Below are positions 58,735-64,000 of a DNA stretch of 64,000 nt, piece by piece. Numbering within the stretch: position 1 is the stretch's first letter; each line of letters begins with the position of its first letter. Source of the DNA: Patescibacteria group bacterium (GTDB lineage: Bacteria > Patescibacteriota > Microgenomatia > UBA1400 > PJMF01); assembly GCA_049322655.1 (NCBI GenBank), contig JBMORP010000006.1:13863-77862 (forward strand), given 5' to 3'. The position numbers and the translations under genes are program-made. A model generated the notes under the pieces. That model made no database searches and was not told where the DNA came from. It saw nothing but the letters and a program-made list of their open reading frames with translations.

Positions 58735-59493
58735 TTAGTTTCTTGGTGAGGTGGCTAAAAACTGTTCGCCAAAAGAAAAAGTTTTAGGATCAAAAATCTG
58801 CTGAGCCTGAGTGACATCATAATTATTAATTTTGGTTCTTCTTAATTCAGTCACACAAGCTCCCACTCCCAAATCCTGACCAATATCATGAATTAGCGAT
58901 CTAATATAGGTTCCAGAACTTACTGTGGTTTCGATTGAAAAATAAACCTCTTTAGTCAAAATATCTTTTTTTAGTTGGGTTAAGACTAGAGAATAAAGTT
59001 CTACGTTTCTAGTGGGCAAATCTTGTTGGTTAAGAGTTTCTCCAAGAGCTTTGTCATAAAGTTTTTGGCCAGCAATCTTAACGGCAGAAAAAGCTGGGAC
59101 AGTTTGGGTGATTTTACCTCTGAACTTAGTCAATGTTTTTTCCATAAGCGTGGAGTCAAGATATTTTAATTTTTCCCAGCTAGTTTGGTTTGTTTTTTGA
59201 CCAGTAATATCATAAGTATTAGTAGTTAAGCCAAGTTTGGCGGTACAAGAATAGGTTTTGTCCAGCTTCAAAAAAGCTGATTGGAGTTTGGTGTAGTTTC
59301 TGCCAACTAAAACAATGAGCAAGCCAGAAGCCAACGGATCTAAGGTACCAGAATGGCCTACTCTTTTAATACCAGTGATTTTTCTCATTCTATTAACTAC
59401 TCCATGACTACTAATTCCACTTGGTTTATCAATCAAAAAGATCCCTTCTGTTCCTTTAGTGGGTGGTTTCGATTGAGTCTTAGCTAGAGTCAT
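58735..59493 (-). CDS. truB: tRNA pseudouridine(55) synthase
   Basis: DKPSGISSH, GHSGTLDPLASG, SGTYIRSL. Confidence 0.95.
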   Translation of the reverse strand: MTLAKTQSKPPTKGTEGIFLIDKPSGISSHGVVNRMRKITGIKRVGHSGTLDPLASGLLIVLVGRNYTKLQSAFLKLDKTYSCTAKLGLTTNTYDITGQKTNQTSWEKLKYLDSTLMEKTLTKFRGKITQTVPAFSAVKIAGQKLYDKALGETLNQQDLPTRNVELYSLVLTQLKKDILTKEVYFSIETTVSSGTYIRSLIHDIGQDLGVGACVTELRRTKINNYDVTQAQQIFDPKTFSFGEQFLATSPRN

Positions 59494-59546
59494 GAGAGAA
59501 TTATCTCTAGATATTCAGCAGAAAGCAAATTTTTGCGTTTTAAATC

Positions 59547-60503
59547 ATGACAAAACTACAAGCACAACTAGCTCGTGAATTTCCTGATTACTTATTTCAG
59601 TTTGATTTACCAATGGCTCAAAAAACCTATTTTAAAATTGGTGGTCCGGCTGAGATTTATATTGAATTAAGTGACAAAAAGCGAATTTCTGCTTTGGTTA
59701 ATTGGGCCAAACAAAATCAAGTTAAATTTAAATTATTTGGTGGTGGCAGCAACGTCATTGTGGCCGATACAGGGATTAAAGGTTTGGTGATCAAGGTTGT
59801 TTATGACCGAATTAACTTTAGTAAAGTTGGAGAACAAGGTAAGTTTTTAGTTGGAGCTGGAGTTAAAACGGCTTTGGCAGTGAGAAAAACAGTTGATTTT
59901 GGTTATACAGGTTTGGAGTACTTTTTGGGTGTGCCTGGGACAATTGGTGGAGCTGTTTACAATAATGCTCATTACTTGGAAGATTTGATCGGGCAGCACA
60001 TCACCCGGGTGGAAATTTTGAATGACGCCGGAGAGTTTGTTTGGTTAGATCAGCAGAGTTGTGATTTTGGTTATGATAGTTCAAGATTCCAAAAGACCAA
60101 AGAAATTATTTATCAAGTTGAGTTTTTATTAAATCAAGGGAATAAGGATGAATCACTAGCTTTAATTAAAAAAGCAACTGAATACCGAGCCAAAACTCAA
60201 CCACTTGGTTTGCCGAGTTCAGGTTGTATTTTCCAAAATGTGCCCAATAATCCATCATTAAAACAACAGTTTCCTCAGTTTGCTGACAGGCAACATGTAC
60301 CAGGCGGTTTTCTCATTGATCAAGCAGGTTTAAAAGGTGTTAATGAAGGTGATATTGAAGTCAGTGAAAAGCATGCAGCCTTTTTTGTTAATCATGGTAG
60401 TGGCACAGCTGAACAAGTAAAAAAATTAATAGCTAAAGTAAAATCCGTAGTTGAGGAAAAATTTTCAGTTGAGCTAAAAGAAGAAGTCTTTTGGCTAGAA
60501 TAG
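59547..60503 (+). CDS. murB: UDP-N-acetylmuramate dehydrogenase
   Basis: KIGGPA, GGGSN, PGTIGGAVYNNA, SGCIFQN, SEKHAAF. Confidence 0.95.
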   Translation: MTKLQAQLAREFPDYLFQFDLPMAQKTYFKIGGPAEIYIELSDKKRISALVNWAKQNQVKFKLFGGGSNVIVADTGIKGLVIKVVYDRINFSKVGEQGKFLVGAGVKTALAVRKTVDFGYTGLEYFLGVPGTIGGAVYNNAHYLEDLIGQHITRVEILNDAGEFVWLDQQSCDFGYDSSRFQKTKEIIYQVEFLLNQGNKDESLALIKKATEYRAKTQPLGLPSSGCIFQNVPNNPSLKQQFPQFADRQHVPGGFLIDQAGLKGVNEGDIEVSEKHAAFFVNHGSGTAEQVKKLIAKVKSVVEEKFSVELKEEVFWLE

Positions 60504-60513
60504 AAAGAAAATT

Positions 60514-61851
60514 ATGACAAAAGGCAAAACATCTTTTGTAATTACTGGTGGCACTCCTCTAAGAGGTAGTGTCAGAGTGAGTGGCGCTAAAAATGCCTCA
60601 TATAAACTGATGGTGGCAGCTTTGCTTGGTGATGAAGAATCTAGAATTTTAAACTTACCAGCTATCTCCGATGTGGCGATGGTGGGTGAAGTAATTTCTT
60701 CTCTCGGCGCCGAAGCAAAGCCAGCTGGAGAAGGTACTTATTTAATTAATCCACAAGGTTTAAACACTTTTTCTCTTGGTAAACAATATGGTGAAGTCTC
60801 ACGTGCTTCAACTATTTTCATTGCTCCTTTACTGATTAAATTTGGTGAAGCTAGAGTGCCTATGCCAGGAGGTGACAAGATTGGCAAAAGACCTTTAGAT
60901 CGTCATTTTGATGGGCTAAAAAAAATGGGTGCTACTTTTGAACAAGAAGCTGGCATGTTAATTGTTAAGGCAGATAAATTAGTTGGTACTAGGTATAAGT
61001 TTGCTAAGAATACTCATACTGGAACCGAAACCCTAATCATGGCAGCTGTTAGAGCTGAAGGTATTACTTATTTAGAAAATGCAGCCTTGGAACCAGAAAT
61101 TGATGATTTAATTGATTTTTTAAATGGTATGGGTGCCAAGATTAGAAGAACTGCTCACAAAACTATTGAAATTCAGGGTGTTGATAAATTGGGTGGCACG
61201 ATTCATCGTGTTATGCCAGATCGTAATGAAGCAGTCAGTTATGCTTGTGCAGCCATTGCTTCAAAAGGCGATATTATTGTAGAGAATGCTCGTGAAAAAG
61301 ATTTATTAGCTTTCTTATCTAAACTGGATGACATTGGTGCTGGTTATGAAGTTGGAGATTATGGTATTCGCTTCTTTTACAAAGGTGAGTTAAAAGCTAC
61401 CGATTTAGTAACAGAAATTCATCCTGGGTTTATGACAGATTGGCAGCCACTTTGGGCAACCTTGGTTTGTCATGCACACGGTACTAGTACTATTCATGAA
61501 ACCGTGATGCAAAATCGTTTCCAATATGTTGATGTTTTAAAACAGATGGGAGCTAGAATCGAAGAATATACTCCAGAAGTTAAGACTGATCCAGATGAGT
61601 TCTATAATTTTAATTGGCAGGATCGCAAGACTAGTGATATTAGAGCTATCAAGATTATTGGTCCAACTAAGTTCCAAGGTGGTGAGTTTGAGGTTCATGA
61701 CCTTAGAGCTGGGGCTACTGTGATGTTGGCCGCAATTAGTGGTGAAGGTGAAACTATTTTGCATAATGTTGAACAAATTGAGCGAGGTTATTCCAAGATT
61801 GATCAAAAACTAACTTCAATGGGGGCAAAAATCAAACGGGTCGAAGAGTAA
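60514..61851 (+). CDS. murA: UDP-N-acetylglucosamine 1-carboxyvinyltransferase
   Basis: SGAKNA, PGGDKIGKRP, PGFMTDWQ, DLRAG, IERGY. Confidence 0.96.
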   Translation: MTKGKTSFVITGGTPLRGSVRVSGAKNASYKLMVAALLGDEESRILNLPAISDVAMVGEVISSLGAEAKPAGEGTYLINPQGLNTFSLGKQYGEVSRASTIFIAPLLIKFGEARVPMPGGDKIGKRPLDRHFDGLKKMGATFEQEAGMLIVKADKLVGTRYKFAKNTHTGTETLIMAAVRAEGITYLENAALEPEIDDLIDFLNGMGAKIRRTAHKTIEIQGVDKLGGTIHRVMPDRNEAVSYACAAIASKGDIIVENAREKDLLAFLSKLDDIGAGYEVGDYGIRFFYKGELKATDLVTEIHPGFMTDWQPLWATLVCHAHGTSTIHETVMQNRFQYVDVLKQMGARIEEYTPEVKTDPDEFYNFNWQDRKTSDIRAIKIIGPTKFQGGEFEVHDLRAGATVMLAAISGEGETILHNVEQIERGYSKIDQKLTSMGAKIKRVEE

Positions 61852-61876
61852 AAAATGGGTTACAATTTAGGTAGTT

Positions 61877-62920
61877 ATGGGTTCATTAGCATTATTTTTA
61901 GGTTTATTAATTTTTTCGTTTATTAGCACCAGTATTGTGATTGTGCCTTTTATTGATTTGTTGTATCACTTGAAATTTCAAAGAGCCAAACAAGAGACAA
62001 GAGATGTTTTCGGTAAGTTAACGCCAATTTTCGATAAGTTTCATGGTAAAAAAGCCGGTGTTCCAGTTGGAGGTGGTTTATTAGTTATTTTGGTAGTGTC
62101 TATTTTGTTTGCTTTATTTTTACCAATGATGAGTTGGTTTGGGATAGATGTCACTAGTGTTTATGCTAATACCCCAGCTGAAGTTAATATTATCTTTTTC
62201 ACCTTTTTATCATTTGGTATTTTAGGACTCTATGATGATATTAAAAAGTTTTTTGGTTTTGAAAAAGAGAAATTTTTCGGTTTGAAAGCTCCTTTTAAAC
62301 TTTTTTTACAATTAACTCTGGCTACAATTATTGCTTTGATGATTTATTTTCAACTAGGGATCTCGTTTTTATACATTCCATTTATTGGTACCTTTAGTCT
62401 TGGGCTTTGGTATATTCCTTTCGCTGTTTTTGTGATTGTTTCGTTTGCTAATGCAGTTAATATTACTGATGGTTTGGATGGCTTGGCCTCTGGAGTATTA
62501 ATGATCTCTCTGTTTGGCTTATGGTTTTTATCAGCCTCTATTTTGGATGTGCCGCTTTCATTGTTTTTATCTTTATGGATAGGTTCATTAGTTTCTTTTC
62601 TTTACTTTAATGTTTATCCAGCCAGAATGTTTATGGGTGATGTTGGAGCACTAGCTTTTGGTGCTACCTTGGGAGTAGTTGGTTTGTTGTTAGGTAAAGT
62701 AGTGGCTTTGGGGATTATTGGTTTTGTGTTTGTTTTTGAAGTGGCAACATCATTGTTGCAAATCATTGCTAGGAAATTCTGGAAAAGAAAACTATTGCCG
62801 GCGGCTCCTTTCCATCTCACTCTTCAATCACATGGCTGGGAAGAGCCCAAGATTGTGCAACGGGTGTGGTTAATGCAAATCATGCTCACTTTATTTGGAG
62901 TTTGGCTAGCTGTAATTTAA
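61877..62920 (+). CDS. mraY: Phospho-N-acetylmuramoyl-pentapeptide transferase
   Basis: GLYDD, NAVNITDGLDGL, FMGDVG, APFH…GWEE. Confidence 0.94.
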   Translation: MGSLALFLGLLIFSFISTSIVIVPFIDLLYHLKFQRAKQETRDVFGKLTPIFDKFHGKKAGVPVGGGLLVILVVSILFALFLPMMSWFGIDVTSVYANTPAEVNIIFFTFLSFGILGLYDDIKKFFGFEKEKFFGLKAPFKLFLQLTLATIIALMIYFQLGISFLYIPFIGTFSLGLWYIPFAVFVIVSFANAVNITDGLDGLASGVLMISLFGLWFLSASILDVPLSLFLSLWIGSLVSFLYFNVYPARMFMGDVGALAFGATLGVVGLLLGKVVALGIIGFVFVFEVATSLLQIIARKFWKRKLLPAAPFHLTLQSHGWEEPKIVQRVWLMQIMLTLFGVWLAVI

Positions 62921-62925
62921 GTTTT

Positions 62926-64000
62926 ATGCAACTAAGGTCATTGCCTAAATCTAAAGATAAAACTAGTTTTTCTTTGGAAAAAATTCTTTTTCCATTGAGT
63001 ATTTTTTTGGCTTTATTGGGTTTGTTTTTTGTGTTTGAAGCATCAACTACTGAAAGCTATAACTTAGTTGGTCATCAATATCATTTTTTAAAACAACAAT
63101 CAATTGCTTTATTTCTTGGTTTGACTGTCGCTGTGATTATCAGATTTTGGTCGTGGAAGTTTTGGCAACAAACATCCTTAATTTGGTTTTTAGTCGGTCT
63201 TTTATTGCTACTATTAGTGCTCATTCCAGGATTTGGAGTAGAGTTGAATGGTGCTAGAAGATGGTTCGCTGTGGGAGGACGAGTTTTTCAGCCAGTGGAG
63301 TTTTTTAAGTTTGCTTTAATTTTATTTTCTGCTCACTGGATGGCAAAAAACCCCAAGCCTCAAACTTTTATGTTTTTTACTGCTATATTTTCTCTATTGT
63401 TACTCCTTCAACCAGACATGGGATCATTATTAATTTTATTAGTGATTAGTTTTGGGATGTTTTTTTTGGCTGGTGGAAACTTGAGATTTTTAGTAGGAAT
63501 TAGTTCATTCGGAATTGCGCTTTTAACTATTGCTATCTTGTTGTCTCCATACCGCTTACAAAGATTAACTACCTATTTAGATCCAAGTAAAGATCCTCTT
63601 GGTGCTGGTTTTCATATTAGGCAAATTACGTTGGCCTTGGGTCATGGTGGCTGGTTTGGAGTAGGAATTGGCAATTCTCAGCAAAAGCATGCTTATATTC
63701 CTGAAGCTAGTAGTGATTCTATTTTTGCGATCGTCTCTGAGGAGGTTGGTTTTATTGGTTCTAGTCTAATTCTATTATTAATGATTTTTTATTTATTGAT
63801 TATTTATCGATTAGCTAGTTCTTTTCCAGAAAAAAGCTTTGAACAACTATTAATTTTTGGTATTTTTCTTTGGTTTGGAGGACAGATCCTACTTAATATT
63901 TCTGCTGTGGTGGCTCTGGTTCCTTTAACTGGTTTACCACTACCTTTTTTTTCTTACGGAGGGACCTCAATCTTGATGACCTTTATTGCAGTTGGTTTAA
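62926..64000 (+). CDS. ftsW: FtsW/RodA SEDS protein, 3'-truncated by the window edge
   Basis: Translated manually: NGARRW, FQPVEF, QPDMG, IPEASSDSIFA, PLTGLPLPFFSYGG; follows mraY. Confidence 0.9.
   Translation, partial: MQLRSLPKSKDKTSFSLEKILFPLSIFLALLGLFFVFEASTTESYNLVGHQYHFLKQQSIALFLGLTVAVIIRFWSWKFWQQTSLIWFLVGLLLLLLVLIPGFGVELNGARRWFAVGGRVFQPVEFFKFALILFSAHWMAKNPKPQTFMFFTAIFSLLLLLQPDMGSLLILLVISFGMFFLAGGNLRFLVGISSFGIALLTIAILLSPYRLQRLTTYLDPSKDPLGAGFHIRQITLALGHGGWFGVGIGNSQQKHAYIPEASSDSIFAIVSEEVGFIGSSLILLLMIFYLLIIYRLASSFPEKSFEQLLIFGIFLWFGGQILLNISAVVALVPLTGLPLPFFSYGGTSILMTFIAVGL

Overview
AT-rich bacterial chromosome segment, mostly housekeeping, with the gene content and organisation expected of a reduced Patescibacteria/CPR genome (Microgenomates-like; taxonomy is inference). 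It carries a complete F1Fo ATP synthase operon, greA, class I lysS, serS, secA, mutM/NUDIX, a gatC-gatA-gatB-dnaE-tkt-ldh run on the minus strand, lemA/htpX, an ABC-2 exporter, rpsU, proS, typA, prs, a GGDEF protein, a UvrD-PD-(D/E)XK helicase-nuclease, dus, surface-glycan genes, lepB, truB, murB-murA-mraY-ftsW and ten tRNA genes. No CRISPR array, transposase, integrase or prophage was recognised. The most unusual signals are two stand-alone micro-cassettes (30233-30580 on +, 51779-52424 on -). Each has a perfect TTGACA-17-TATAAT promoter, a long multi-hairpin leader, a small orphan ORF and its own terminator. The second also has 5'/3' long-range complementarity and a sequestered RBS, reminiscent of type I toxin mRNAs. 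Other points: pervasive leaderless-type gene starts, a catalytically degenerate NDT-RHH regulator, a hidden MazG-like protein, a membrane-anchored degenerate HNH protein, an Asp-type MurA and a truncated ATP synthase delta subunit. All calls come from reading the sequence by eye; no database searches were run.
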